DNA of 64,000 nucleotides from Octopus sinensis (Eukaryota): NCBI RefSeq assembly GCF_006345805.1, contig NC_043001.1, positions 25,978,001 to 26,042,000 of the forward strand, read 5' to 3'. Shown piece by piece: positions 26,739 to 40,538 of this stretch (position 1 is its first letter; each line of letters starts with the position of its first letter). The notes under the pieces were generated by a model. It saw only the letters and a program-made list of their open reading frames with translations, ran no database searches and was not told where the DNA came from. The position numbers and the translations under genes were made by a program.

Positions 26739-26858
26739 AGCTCTACTTTATTCGTTAAATCAGTTTTGTATTGAGTTGTTTCTGAACACAATTTCTTGTA
26801 GACTCCATCATCACATATATCTGCGGAGAATGGCTTGAAACACTGTTTGACAAATTTT
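26739..26858 (-). CDS. Coding exon (120 nt, phase 2-2): KFVKQCFKPFSADICDDGVYKKLCSETTQYKTDLTNKVE(L)
   Basis: Acceptor ttgtttcttcCAG, donor GCT|GTAAGT; open frame matches both neighbours. Confidence 0.75.
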
Positions 26859-26879
26859 CTGGAAGAAACAATAAAAAGA

Positions 26880-27105
26880 GAATATATATATATATATAGT
26901 TAATCCAAACATGAAAACACAAAGAGAAAACATAACAACGCAAGGACGTGGAACAAGTATAGTGTTATTGGACGCTCAGGAAAGGAAAGAAAGGAGGAGG
27001 ATTTAATGTTTTGAGTGGAGCTCTTCGTCAGAAACATAGGAAAAGGAAAGAAGATCCAAGGAAGAGAAGACGGAGGAAAAATATTGCCAACGGTACACAT
27101 GCGGT
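26880..27105 (-). mobile_element. Penelope-like terminal repeat with a decayed hammerhead motif
   Basis: Reverse complement of the 58068-58280 element; the hammerhead core carries three G>A changes. Confidence 0.6.
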
Positions 27106-27134
27106 CACACACACACACACACACACACACACAC

Positions 27135-27183
<49 letters not shown>

Positions 27184-27949
27184 TGTATGTGTGTGTATGT
27201 TGTATGCATGGGGAGACCAAGCTTGAGATGTTTCTTAGAGTGAAATGGGTCTAGGAATTGATCCTATTCAGTCACAAGTCATCTTCCATCATGTATCTAT
27301 GAACAAACAGACAGATAGCTAGGCACTCATATTGGGTATACTATTATTAAGGAAATACAATATTATATTCTTGTAACAGCTGAATTTATATATTGGTAAT
27401 ATAATGCATTTTATTGATGATATATATATATATATATAATGATAAATCTCAGAGCGAGTTATATATATATATATATCAATGATGATGATGATGACAAAGA
27501 TGATGATGATGACAAAGATGATGATGATGATATGTACAAACAAAATATGAAAATATTAACAAAATATGTAACTGAATGTTTAGTGAAGGTTAAAAATACA
27601 AATAGAAAACATTTACATAACAAAACAGTAGAATGTTTATAGAATGTTTTGAATAGCCAGAAATATCTGCAAACAATATTTCTGATATATGGTAAAAATA
27701 TTCGATACTAAACATCAACTATAAAAGCATCATTATTTTTTATATATTCTTCTTTTATATTTGGACATGTATTCAGAATTGTTTCTCGATTACTAAATTT
27801 ATCTTTAAAAAAAAAACTCGCCTGTTTTGATTGCCCTCTGATATCTTACTTCTTACCTGCTAACAAACAGTCGTTGTTTAACCTCCAGTCGGCTGTCATT
27901 GAGCAGATTTATGATCAAAAGCATTTCACCCTTATTCTAAATAATAATA

Positions 27950-28335
27950 TAATAATAATGAAATTATTGTATACAGTACTCAGGTGCACCACAACTTGTC
28001 AAAAGTGCGTATAAAGCATATGCAGTAATGTACAAATGTCTGGGAAGTGAACAATGTATGAGTCAGATACATGCTTGCGTGTGTATGGAGGGGAGAAAAT
28101 CAGGTGTAGTGTTGGCAAATCTCAGGAAGCATGGAAGTTTTGAAGGATGCAGTGCTCCGACAACTAACAACTGATGCCGACAGTTTGTTCCATGCTTCAG
28201 CAACTCTTCGTGTGAAAAAATGTTTCTGAAAGTCATGGGAGCTGTGCTGTTTTCTGACTTTGTAAACATGTCCACGGGTGTTAGACAGGTGGAGTTTGAA
28301 AAGGTGCTCAGAGTTATTCTGTCAATCATTGCTTT
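27950..28335 (-). mobile_element. CR1 LINE 3' fragment
   Basis: Degenerate match to the CR1 C-terminal pattern TRGH..K..FRKHFF..RV...WN.LP..VV. Confidence 0.6.
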
Positions 28336-28557
28336 TCTAGGACCATATTATTCAAAAGGAACTTCCTTTTTGAAGACAACAGAATGTGATTCAAGGAAGA
28401 TTAGGCTGCTATTCCTAGCAGATCAAGTTACTATGTGGTGGTTCCCCCATGAATCATTTTTACAAGCAGTTTTTGATGCTTCTGCTTGTTCATCTTTTAA
28501 CATTTACGAGGGGCTCAGTAGCATCAATCTTCTTCCCCCTGCCATAAAGCACTGGTG

Positions 28558-28657
28558 CTGGTGCCACATGAAAAGCACTGGTGCCACATGAAAAGCACTG
28601 GTGCCACATGAAAAGCACTGGTGCCACATGAAAAGTACTGGTGCTATGTAAAAAGTA
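28558..28657. repeat. 20-bp tandem repeat (ctggtgccacatgaaaagca), ~5 copies, inside an RTE-associated element
   Basis: Period 20 at 28558, 28578, 28598, 28618 and 28638. Confidence 0.9.
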
Positions 28658-28869
28658 CCCAGTAAACTCTGCAAAGTGGTTAGCATTAGGAAGGGTATTC
28701 AGCTATGGAACCAAATCAAAACACACTACTGAACCTCGTGTGGCTCCTGGCCTTCCAGCTTCTGTCAAACTGTCCAATGCATGTCACAATGGAAAACAGA
28801 TATCAAATGATGATGATGAAGATGATTATCCTTTAGATTTTCATTGCATTTTCATACTCTCTCTTTTAC

Positions 28870-29069
28870 TTTTTTACTTGTTTCAGTCATTTGACTGCGG
28901 CCATGCTGCAGCACCACCTTTAGTCGAGCAAATCGACTCCAGGACTTATTCTTTGTATGCCTAGTACTTATTCTATTGGTCTCTTTTGCCGAACCGCTAA
29001 GTTACAGGACCGTAAACACGCCAGCATTGATTGTCAAGCGATGTTGGGGGGACAAATGCAGACACACAA

Positions 29070-29132
<63 letters not shown>

Positions 29133-29301
29133 TACGATGAGCTTCTTTGAGTTTCTGTCTACCAAATCCACTCACAAGGCTTTGGTGGACCTGAGGCTAT
29201 AGTAGAAGACACTTGCCCAAGGTGCCACGCGGTGGGACTGAGCCTGGAACCATGTGGTTGGTAAGTAAGCTACATACCACACATCCCACTCCTGCACCTA
29301 T
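28870..29301 (-). mobile_element. SINE family A, full length
   Basis: Colinear with the other copies. Confidence 0.85.
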
Positions 29302-30939
29302 ATGTGTACAATTTCCTTACTTTTTTTTAGTTCCTTTCTTTCTCTATTATAGGCACAAGGCCTGGAATTCTGGAAGAGAGTCTAGTCAATTATGTCAACC
29401 CCAGAGCTCAACTGGTATTTGTTTTATCAATCTTGAAAGGCTAAAAAGCAAAATCAATCGTGGTGGAATTTAAACTCAGATCATAATGCAGAAGAGATGC
29501 TACTAAGCATTTTGTCTGGTATGCTAATGATTCTGCCAGCCAGTCACCTTATAAAATATTTCTGTTAAGTAGCTGTTCAGTTTCTGATTAACTCTAATCA
29601 GGCAGACCTATAATCAAAGATGATCCAGTAATAATAATCGCCTGATCCTCTTGTTAAGTAGAAAATTATCTATGCTTACATTATCTAATGTGTTCCTCCT
29701 TTTATAATGGTAGTAAAATATGTGAGTCATCACTGTTGATGTTGACAACAGCAGCAGCTGCCTTCAGAGAGAAATTTAGATATCTCTGTAGGTTAACTTA
29801 CAATTTAGAGGATTTCTTAGTGCATTTGAACTGATCTTGATCCCAATTCTACTAGCTCATCATCATCATCATCATCGTTTAATGTCCGCTTTCCATGCTA
29901 GCATAGGTTGGACGATTTGACTGAGGGCTGGCAAACCAGATGGATGCACCAGGCTCCAATCTGATCTGGCAGAGTTTCTACAGCTGGATGCCCTTCCTAA
30001 TGCCAACTACTCTGAGAGTGTAGTGGGTGCTTTTATGTGCCACCGGCACAAATGCCAGTAAGGCGATGCTGGTAACAATCACGCTTGAATGGTGCTTTTT
30101 ACATGCCATCGGCACACACATACATTACAACAAGCTTCTTTCAGTTTCCGTCTACCAAATCCACTCACAAGGCTTTGGTCGGCCCAAGGCTATAGTAGAA
30201 GACACTTGCCCTAGGTGCCATGAAGTCGGACTGAACCCAGAAAAATGTGGTTGGTAAGCAAGCTACTTACCATAGAGCCACTCCTGCACCTATGTGTAAA
30301 ACATTAGGTCTGTCATATCACCAGGACTCATCAGAGTGGAGCTTAATGAGGTTTTCATAGTGTATAAGCACTTGAGATAACAACATTCCTCTCTGAATGG
30401 GATGTCAGTCCATCACAAGGTTAACACTAGAACTCATATACAGCTGAGTGGACTGGTGTAGCATGAAATGAAGTGTTTTGCTCAAGAACACGATGTACTG
30501 TCTTGTGCAGGAATTGAAATCATGATCTTATGCTTGTGAATGCAACACTCTAACCACTAGGCTATGTGCCTTAACTAAAACATAGACTTCAAAAATTCAT
30601 TTTAGAAATGGTGAGAAAAATTTTTTTAAAATAGCTTTTAATAAATATTTAATGATACCAAATCCATGCTTAATGTCAGTCGAACAGTTTGCTTGTTTTC
30701 TTTTAATAATCTTCAGAAAATTTACTGTTATCCATGAATTTTGTTAAGGCTAAAATGGTGCTAAAACTTATCAGTGCTATACCACAAGATGGGTTAGTGA
30801 AAATTCCTTAGCAAGACTATGATAAGTTGAATATATTTGATTACAAATGTTTATTCATGAAATATTTAAATAAATGAAAAAGCTAATTTAAATTCAACTA
30901 AAACAAAAGTAAAATGCTACTTATGTGAAAATTAAAGAC

Positions 30940-30984
<45 letters not shown>

Positions 30985-32608
30985 ATATATATAAATATAT
31001 ATAAAGAAAGAAAAGGAATGCAAATAACAGTAAAATATCTGTGATTAAACTTTCATAATTATATTTATATTTATATTTTTAATTTAGATTGACCAACTGA
31101 AAAAAAATGATTTATTTGATAATAGAGAAGAAACAAAAGAAATAATTAAACTAGAAAGTTATAATTTATCAGATTATCTGAGTGTCAACTATATCAAATG
31201 ATATCTTGAGGGCTTTAATAAAGTACAAAGGAAATAATTATAAGAGTGAAGAATAAAGGAAACACAACAAAGATATGTTTAGAAGAGGAAGAAGAAAATA
31301 AAGAAAGACTACAGAATCATAGGATGAGACCTTCAAGTAAGAAATAAATATAACAATATCTTTATACACACACATGAAAATAAACATATAGACATACACA
31401 CAGACATAAATATATACATACGTATGCACACATATACATACATGTACATACACATACAATATATAATGTTCCAGTATATATGTGTATGAAGAAAGAGAGA
31501 GATAGAGGGGAAGAGAGAGAGAGAGAGAGAGAGAGAGTAATTGAGACAAAGAAAGGTATATGAAATTACATTATTTTATGTATTATGTAAAAGACAAGAC
31601 ACACACACATAATGAAATATTGTGCAAAAGACCAAATGAAGCCACATAAAGAAAAGGGGACACAAAAAGATAGCTTCTAGATTAAAGGAAAACAACAAAG
31701 CAAGTAGCAAGTATTAGCTAAGGGATCAATTTATTTGACTCCCTTGCCTCGAGCTCTTCAAACATACATAATATAAAAGGCATTATATAATTCTTTTGGA
31801 GGACAGCTGTTGTTAATAAATAAAGGACAAGTTGAAGGGATCTAATTACTGCCCATTAAATTTGGAAGTAGACAGACATAGGGACACATACACACATGTA
31901 GTCAGATAAACACACACACATATATACATATGTATTCATAATGCCTAGGATTAATTAAATGGAAATGAGAGTATGCTACTTAGGGATGGATTCAAAGAAA
32001 GACTCCTATAGTTGTGTGACACAAACAAAAAAAAAAGGGGCTTCAAAAGCCAGTAATGTGTCTAGTTGCTATTTTATCTAATTGGTCAATCTTAACTTTA
32101 TCTATTTCAATTATTACACAGCCGGAGGATTTAAACACTTTCATATAAACATTATGGAATATAGAAGTAATATGAGAGATGGGTGGAGAGGAAAATGAAA
32201 GAGAAAGAGAGAGGTGAGATAGAGGGAGAAAGCTAGGAGGAAGTGAGAGAGAAGGGTGGGCAGGGAGGGAAGGCATTTTTTAGAAACCATCACACAAAAA
32301 TATATCTCATAAAGTATGCAAATGCTAGTGGGGGAAAAAAAAGGAGAATTTGAAAAGTAAGAGAATTAGAGAAAAATTAATATAAATAAATTTGTCCCAA
32401 TTTGGGTTTTATTATAAACAATGTTATGAACATTTTTCTGTAGTTATAAACAGTTTTGAAATTTGCTGACCTATTTATCCATATACCAGAGAAATCACAA
32501 CAAATCAGAGAGAGAGAGAGAGAGAGAAAGAGATAGAGAGGGGGGGTGAGAGAGGGGGGAGGGAGCATGCAAGGTGCACAAATATACACATAAGGGAACT
32601 GAAAGAGT

Positions 32609-32611
<3 letters not shown>

Positions 32612-32669
<58 letters not shown>
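32612..32669. repeat. (GA)n microsatellite
   Basis: Direct reading. Confidence 0.9.
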
Positions 32670-32675
<6 letters not shown>

Positions 32676-33801
32676 ACTGCCATCTGTCTTTCTTTGGTGC
32701 AAATATGTTCAGATTTTTATGAATATTTGGATTGTCTGTCTACATACATGATGGGTTGTTCGCAAGTTGTCAAGAAATAAGATTTTCTGTTTTTCTTTCC
32801 CTCTACTCTAAGACTTTTTCCTTTGCCTTTTCAGCAGCAAGTTTAAATACTCCTTATTTTCACCAACCCTCGATCATTTATTTACACCTCTCCTTTCCAC
32901 TCTTCATGGCTTATACTTTTCCTCATCTCTCTTCACTTGTATATTCATAAAAGCCAGTTTTCCAATATCCTAATGATGTTTTTTTCTGCTCCAGCAACCA
33001 ACAACTTTAAAGGTTGAAAACACTATATTGTAAAAAAAAACACAAAAAGCCAAAAAAAAAACAGCGAAAAAAAAAAGACAATCAATCATCTAGAACTGAC
33101 TCAAGTTCTTGTTAATGTTTGGAGAGAAGCTCATTAATAAAATATTTCTTCTTGTGTTTCACAACCATTCTCTTTAATCTTACTCTATACCAACTAATGA
33201 GGGAACCTCTATGCCGTCATTTGCCCTGGTAGAAAGGCAACCTGATTTTTTTTCAAATCGCACCTTACCATATTAAAAAAAGAAAGAGACATTGGTTAAA
33301 GTAGTCCTAGATACACTATGTTTAAGCAAAAGATGACTATAGAGCCTCAAATCAAATATCAACACAATCAGAAAGGACCTGACTAAACAACAAAAACAAC
33401 AGTCCTATTCTATGTTGCCTTCATTGATACAAACTACATACAAACCGTTCAAAGGAAAACATTCAAATTTTGCAATATTTTCTTAGAAGCTGAACTGCTT
33501 TGTTGTTTTCTAAGAAAAACAAAGTAACCCTTGTTTTATATGTTCAAAAACAAAACAGTTTACTTTAAAAAGAAGTCATATTTTGTTTAAGTTGACTATA
33601 TAACAATAGAGCACCTTCATACAGAATTCCTAAATTAGTTTTTACCAGTTGCTCAAGTAAGAGAAAAATCTCCAGTGTCATGAAGAAGAAAACAACAGGC
33701 TTCAATACAATTCATATAATGGAATTCCTAAAGCAGGGTTTGAACTTACAATCAAGCAGACGAAATCTAAGCACATTATTTCTATAGTCATAAAGCTTTA
33801 A

Positions 33802-34018
33802 CTCTTTAGTATTTAAACCGGCCATATCCGGCCAAAATAGTTAATGTTTTATGTTCAAACTGATCAGATCCAGGCTCTCACACCTATCCTACAATGTTAT
33901 TCTATTTTAAGTAATTACACCATCAAGATCTTGAAGACATGAGATAATGCATGATTAATTCAAATAAATGGGAATCAATAGGCATTATGTTTGATTGAAT
34001 AATCTGAACACTAAAGGA
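33802..34018. mobile_element. piggyBac-type MITE family 1 (related copy ~51210-51430)
   Basis: TTAA on both sides; degenerate short TIRs (ctcttt... / ...aaagga). Confidence 0.6.
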
Positions 34019-34419
34019 TTAAAATGTCAGCCATTTAATAGTTGAAAAAAATAAACCAAACATATTTTATTTGTATATTGATAGATGAAAGAGTTTGTGA
34101 CGCCAAAGTTCTGTCTTTAGGTATCATTACTTCATTCTAGAGTCTAGACCATCTCAAATAAGTTAAAGATTGTATGCTTACGATATTTTAGGCTTCCAAT
34201 TTGATTTTCGTTATGGAATTATGGACTATGTCAAAGAACTGCAGAAACAGCTTATCAAGAAATCTAAGGGTCAAAGATATCAGACATGTGCAAAGGTCAG
34301 GAAAATACATTTTGCGGATATAGAGTCTAAATAGAGAAAACTATGCATGCTTATAAAGTAACTACACCTTTAAGTTCAGCAAATGCATCAGTTAAAGCTG
34401 CTGAAATGAGCAGCCTTAA

Positions 34420-34639
34420 CCCTTTCATTACCAACCCAGCTGAAACCGGCTCTGACTCTGAGTACAAATGTCTTGTTTTCATAAGTTTGGAATTAAAATC
34501 TTCCACCAAACCTTAGTCACAATTTATGTTCCTAACACTAGCTGAATGATAACTAAGTTATTTTACTAAATTTTTTGTTATACTTAAAATAATTGAAAGA
34601 AACACAGAGCATCTCAAAATAAATACAGTAATGAAAGGA
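34420..34639. mobile_element. piggyBac-type MITE family 2
   Basis: TTAA TSD (34416-34419, 34640-34643); TIRs CCCTTTCATTAC / GTAATGAAAGGA; nearly identical to 39792-40012. Confidence 0.85.
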
Positions 34640-35347
34640 TTAAACTAAAAGCCATAAACTATTCATGAGGTACACTGGAATTAGTGGATACATTCTGATA
34701 TCTAGATAATGTGTGCAAATTCAGTGACTGAAGTTAAAGAAAGTAGCTTAAAAATGTAACTGTGTAGAGATTGTGCAAGGCATATGTAACAAAGTACTGT
34801 ATGTCAGGGGAAAATGGCCAGTAAATAAGAGTTGTTTAGAGACTATAGAGAAATAAATCAAATATGAATCATTGCATGTATATTTTTTGCTTCATAGCTT
34901 ACTCTAAAGTGAAAAGGGTGAACCCATGGTTCTCTATTCAGGGCTACCAAATCTGCAAGAGCCACCTTCAAATTGGAGATCCAGCCTGAAAGCTGGCAAC
35001 AGAGGAAACTCTTACTAAAATACTCAAGACCCAGATGGTGGTGTTAAACCAAGTGACAAATGCTAATTTAAGAAAATACCAGTTCAAATTAGTTGAGAAA
35101 GTAATTAAACATATTGCACAGGGGATGTTTAAAGAAGAAATGATCCTATTGGTATGTATACTTAATTTGAAGAGATGCTCATGCTGATGAAAAGATGTCC
35201 ATGGTAATCTTGGAATAATGGAAATTTAGGAAGAGATATTTAAAAGAAACTAAAGAATGAGTCATACAGACAGAAGAATCAGGTTCAGTGGAGCCTGATA
35301 TGGCACTTACTACATCATATATAGGAAAATAGATATCACAACAGAAT

Positions 35348-35649
35348 GTGTTGTTCCTTCTCGAGCGATGCCTGGCTCATAAGGGCCGGTTTCCCGGTTT
35401 CCGTGGCGTATAGCTTCCCCACCTGGATGGGACGCCAGTCCGTCGCAGGTGAGCTGCAAGATGCAGGAGGAAAGAGTGAGAGAAAGTTGTGGCGAAGGAG
35501 TCAGCAGAAGTTTGCCATTACCTTCTGCCGGAGCCGCGTGGTGCTTAGGTGTTTCGCTCATAAACACACACATCACCCAGTCTGAGATTCGAAACCGCGA
35601 TCCCCCGACCGTGAGCCCGCTGCTCTAACCATTAGGCCATGTGCCTCCA
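35348..35649 (-). mobile_element. tRNA-derived SINE with V-domain-like core
   Basis: 11-bp TSD CACAACAGAAT (35337-35347, 35650-35660); core ctgcgacggactggcgtcccatccagg on the minus strand. Confidence 0.8.
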
Positions 35650-38600
35650 CACAACAGAATAAGTGTGTGTGTGAAAGAGAGAGGGCAGGGGCTAGTGTAA
35701 GTTGGACAAGTCTGCACTTATCTCAATTGTTTCCCATCTTCTCTATGAGCCCAATGTCAGGAAATATAACCGTGCCATTCCTTTTTCATGCCTTCCTTGG
35801 TCTTCTTCTGCCACTTGTATTTTCCATATTGAGCAGGCAGGTAAAGTGTAACTGTCCCTTGCAAGCAAATATGACTCGATAGCAAATGAACTACCTTGCT
35901 CAGGACACAATGTACCATCTGATCCAGGAATTGAACTCATAGCGTTAGAATATTGACACCAACACTCCAACTACTAGACTGTGTACCTCCACACTTTTTC
36001 AAACAGCAATCCTTTTCCATCCATCTACAACACTTGGCTTTCATTCAAGTTAATGATATACATTTGACAAATTATGCTCACCATATTTCTCTTCATTTTT
36101 TTTTTGTAGATTTTATTCATTTAATGCCCATCACTTAGAAAGTATGTGACATAATAGAGTTTAAATATCTTTCATATAGGCAGCCTTTTACATAAATACA
36201 AAGAAAATGCAGTCAATGCATAAAGATAGTTTCATAAAATGCCATAATGAGTGAAAAGAAATATCAAATTATAGAAAATTTGGAAAATGTTGCTATTAAG
36301 AATTTTTATAAGTATTTAAATAGATTCACATACAGATGCAAGAAACACACACAAATACATACACACAAACACATGCAAAACACACACACAAACGCATACA
36401 AACTCACTCGCACACACACAATTTGAAGATTACAATGTAACTAATCATTAATTTTGTAATTATTCTGAGAATGCAAAATAAATAGACATATCTATTATTT
36501 CTTGGCATAATTAACCAAAAATTTCATATTGTTCTGCTCTTGAAAATTCAGTAAAATGTATATGCTGAGATACAGGATGAAAATTCTTTCATAGCAGACA
36601 TCATTTATTTTAACATAATAAAGATATGGAATGGCAATTCTTCGTCGTCTGGCTATTTAATTAGAATAAAAAAGCAAAATAACACACACATACACACACA
36701 CAGAGGGAGAGGAAAAAATGCTCTTGATGTATTTCTGAACTGCTGTCTTGTACAGTAAAGGTCAAGCCTTATTAAAGAATACATTTTCTCTCTTGGGGGA
36801 AATTCGCAGGAAATTCCTATTCAGATCCCATTAAATCCATTTTGGATTTATTTATTTATTTAGGGGAATTAGCTGAATGCTACATCATTCATAATTATAG
36901 GTGAATCCGAAGAACATTTGCTGGAAAGTAAAAGATGGAATGTAACTTGAGGGATGTGAGCTTCTGAAAGAAAGCTATCATTTACACTGTTTTGTGGTAT
37001 TGGGGACAGTAAATGAGCTTGGATTGTGTGTTAAAGTGAGAAATCAATAGAATAGTAAAAGAATTAGGAATGGATATCCTGACTCTACAAAATAATATAA
37101 ATGATGTGAATATCAATAAATTTTGTTTTCTGTTTCTTCTTTCTTCAAAACCACCATTATTATATGATCTACAATGATATTATTTTTGTAATCATTGAAC
37201 TTAAATAGTTTTGTGGCTGACATTCCAAAAAGAAACAAAGGAGATTACTTTATAAATAAAACATGTTCTTGTTAATGTTTCATTCCTGCTTATTCATTTT
37301 GTCTACTAATTCTGTTTTTATAAACCACAGTATTGCAGAATGTGTTGTAGTCTCAAAGTAGAATGAAATACAACTTATCCAGTCTATAGACATGTAACTA
37401 GCTCCTAAAGCTTCAAATTGCAATCTCAACACAAGGTTTTGATTGGCAAAACTGGTATATTGCTTACGTGGTTGGCAACAATGTTTTTTTTTTTGTTTTT
37501 TTAAATTTTATTCAATGAGTTTGTTCTGAAAAAAATGTATGAGGAATTTGTTCTTTAAGCCTTGCTCAACTCTGATTGAGCAAACCTTTGGTTAAAGATG
37601 TTTGAGCCATGACCACCCCATATCCTAATGTGCAAGGAATCCAAGTACATATCCAATGAGTCATATTTTTTTAAAACAACAGAGTAAAATTTGACTACTA
37701 TTTTTACCAAGTTGAGTAACAGATAGAAGTTCTCACATCAGCTCATGATGCAGAATTTAAGTGATATAATGTGCATTCAATTAATATTCATATATCTTTT
37801 ATACAAGATTCCCTTTAAGGAAATGTCAGCATTCTGGTTTCTCAGTGAAGCAAGTTCAAAGATTCTTCAAAACAATACATTCTAATTGTTTTTCTAAAAT
37901 TTAAATAACAATTTCCTAATTTGTTATAAATATTTGAATAACAGTAAGGAAGAGGAATTGGAAAGTGTAGCATGTGTGTTTCTATCAATTAAATCAATAC
38001 AGTGAAATCAATATAGCTTCAAATCAAAATTAATCCATAAATTCTATTTATCAACAATTTACTGCTGCATTCCCTGAGCTTAATAAAACACTACACCATA
38101 CAGTTTATTACATAATATATTACCTATATGTAAACATTCTTAATCTCAATGTGAAGACTGCTGCTATGGGTTAAAATTAAAGATTATGTGATCAAATCAT
38201 TTAAGCTTCATCTCAAGTTCAAGTTATATGAATTGTATGTAAGTGGAGGGGAAATAGTTAATGTTCATACTGTTTTCTTTTTTAACAATACTAAAATGTC
38301 AATAGATTTCTGCAGGGAGCTAGTAATAAGGATTCATTATCACTGGGAGTAGGGTTAATCATGATGTAAGAAATGAAATTAATTCAACTGTATTACTGAT
38401 ACTTATTTCAATATTTCCAGAGAAATGAAAAATTAAATTGTCACTAGTAGATTTTTAATTAAGGATATAGAAAAATAATATAAAACAAGGTAGACTAACG
38501 AACAAGGATTTTTACCATCTCATGTTGATGATGATGATAATTTATTACTTAAATACAAAGTCAACTTTCAATAGGGAGAAATATATTATTAAAATAATTT

Positions 38601-39097
38601 CAGTACTCAATCACTAATTATTTTATAGACTCTCTAAGGATAAAAAGCCAAGCTGATAATCTTAGCACAGAATTTGATACTGTAAATCAGTGTTTCTCAA
38701 CCTGGGACCATAGCAAGTTCAGTGGGGTCACAGAAAAATTTGAGAATAAGGAGCAAGGACACAACTTTCTTTAAGATTTACATACAAAAACCTACATAGG
38801 CACACATATATCCAATATATTTTCTATATCTTAAATTCCTTCATGACCAAAAAAAAAGTTTCATTTGACACCTTGATCATAATTTACCATTGATGAATAA
38901 AGTGTTATGTTGGCATTGGAAAATCTTGTATGAATTAAATATATGTTACTGCTTTGAAGTTCATTCATCTAAAGTTCATACATTTAGTGACAATCTCCAA
39001 GGATAATTGCTTGCATCACTTTGTTGAACTTTGGGAGAGTAGTGATGTTTCTGAATAATAAGTTGCTTGGAGAAGAAATCCTAATAATATCTAAAGC

Positions 39098-39675
39098 CAT
39101 ATATCTCAACCATATTTTATCTACAGAACCCCTTTGATTACTATTTTATTCTGGTGGACTCCCATAGCCATTTGATGTTTGAAAACTAGTTTTATAGAAA
39201 CTTCTTTCAAAATTCCTATTTTGTTTTTCACCCATTAACTTGTGTAGGTTGAACCATGAAAAAGAAACCTAGCTGTCTCTTGCAAAACATACAAATACAT
39301 ACAGCTAAAGCAAAAGTTTTTCAGGGACCCTTAAAATACTATTGTAAATCCTGTGCAGGTGGCATGTAAAAAACACCATTTGAGTGTGGCCATTGCCAGT
39401 ACCCTCGTGCCAGTGACATGTAAAAGCACCCACTACACTCTTGGAGTGGTTGGCATTAGGAAGGGCATCCAGCTGTAGAAACTCTGCTAGATCAGATTGG
39501 AGCCTGGTGCAGCCATCTGGTTTGCCAGTCTTCAGTCAACCCATGCTAGCATGGAAAGCAGATGTTAAATGATGATGATGATGATGAATCCCCATTTACT
39601 ATTTTGTTGTGTGGACACACCCCAAAATTTTATATGGATCCTCAGAGGTTATATGGACCCTGGTGAGAAACACTG
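39098..39675 (+). mobile_element. hAT-type MITE with a nested RTE-associated insertion
   Basis: Homologous to 56705-57054; right TIR ggtgagaaacactg. Confidence 0.65.
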
Positions 39676-39791
39676 GTCAAAAGGAGCACAGATAAATGCA
39701 AGACTCTAAGAAAGCAGGTGGGTATAAGCCAGTCAAAGTTGGGAACCACTGTTGTAAATAATCTCTCAGCTCTAAATACAAATTCCATTAA

Positions 39792-40012
39792 CCCTTTCAT
39801 TACCAACCTGGCTGAAACCAGCTCTGGCTCTGAGTATAAATGTCATGTTTTCATAAGTTTCGAATTAAAATCTTCCACCAAACCTTGGTCACAATTTATG
39901 TTCCTAACACTAGCTGAATGATAACTAAGTTATTTTACTAAATTCTTTGTTATGTTTAAAATTAATTGAAAGAAACACAGAGCATCTCAAAATAAATACA
40001 GTAACGAAAGGG
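39792..40012. mobile_element. piggyBac-type MITE family 2
   Basis: TTAA TSD (39788-39791, 40013-40016); TIRs CCCTTTCATTAC / GTAACGAAAGGG. Confidence 0.85.
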
Positions 40013-40493
40013 TTAATGTTGGTTTTACTTTCTTTGTTTCAAAGGTAATAGAATAAATATCAGTAATATATTTGAGCTAATTTGATCACTCACACTCTTC
40101 TACAAATATCAATCATGTTGATATTCAGTTAATCACTGGGGACTTAGAACATTCGCTCAACATTATTCTTATGAGGATACAAAGCTATAAATTTATGTGG
40201 CATAGAAGGAATATAGTGTATTGAGTTGGCTTTGTGTACACCAAATAATTAGTTTATTTTTTATAATCTAGGTGAAGTCAACCTCAGTGGAATTTCAACT
40301 TTACAATATAGGACAGGGTTTCCCAAAATGCCATTTTGTACCCTGAAGTATATATTTTATTAAAATTGCTTTTCACAATAAGATTAGTTGAACAAATTAT
40401 GACCAAGAACAGTGTCCTTATTCCATTTATAATGACTTGTGTGAATCTGGATTCAGTTCTCTTTTGTCAATCAAGACAAACAATAGGAATTAC

Positions 40494-40538
40494 CTGAATC
40501 CACAGGCAGAGTTATGGATCAAAATCAGTAAGGAAGTT
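40494..40538 (-). CDS. Coding exon (45 nt, phase 2-2): TSLLILIHNSACGF(R)
   Basis: Pyrimidine tract then acatAG acceptor; donor TCAG|GTAATT; only one of three frames is open and it fits the chain. Confidence 0.55.

Noticed and set aside
34168-34240. 57-nt segment with good minus-strand splice signals
   Set aside because: Stop codons in all three frames.
36794-36870. Cluster of NF-kB-like sites (GGGGAAATTC, GGAAATTCC, GGGGAATT)
   Set aside because: None fits GGGRNNYYCC fully; expected by chance in 64 kb.
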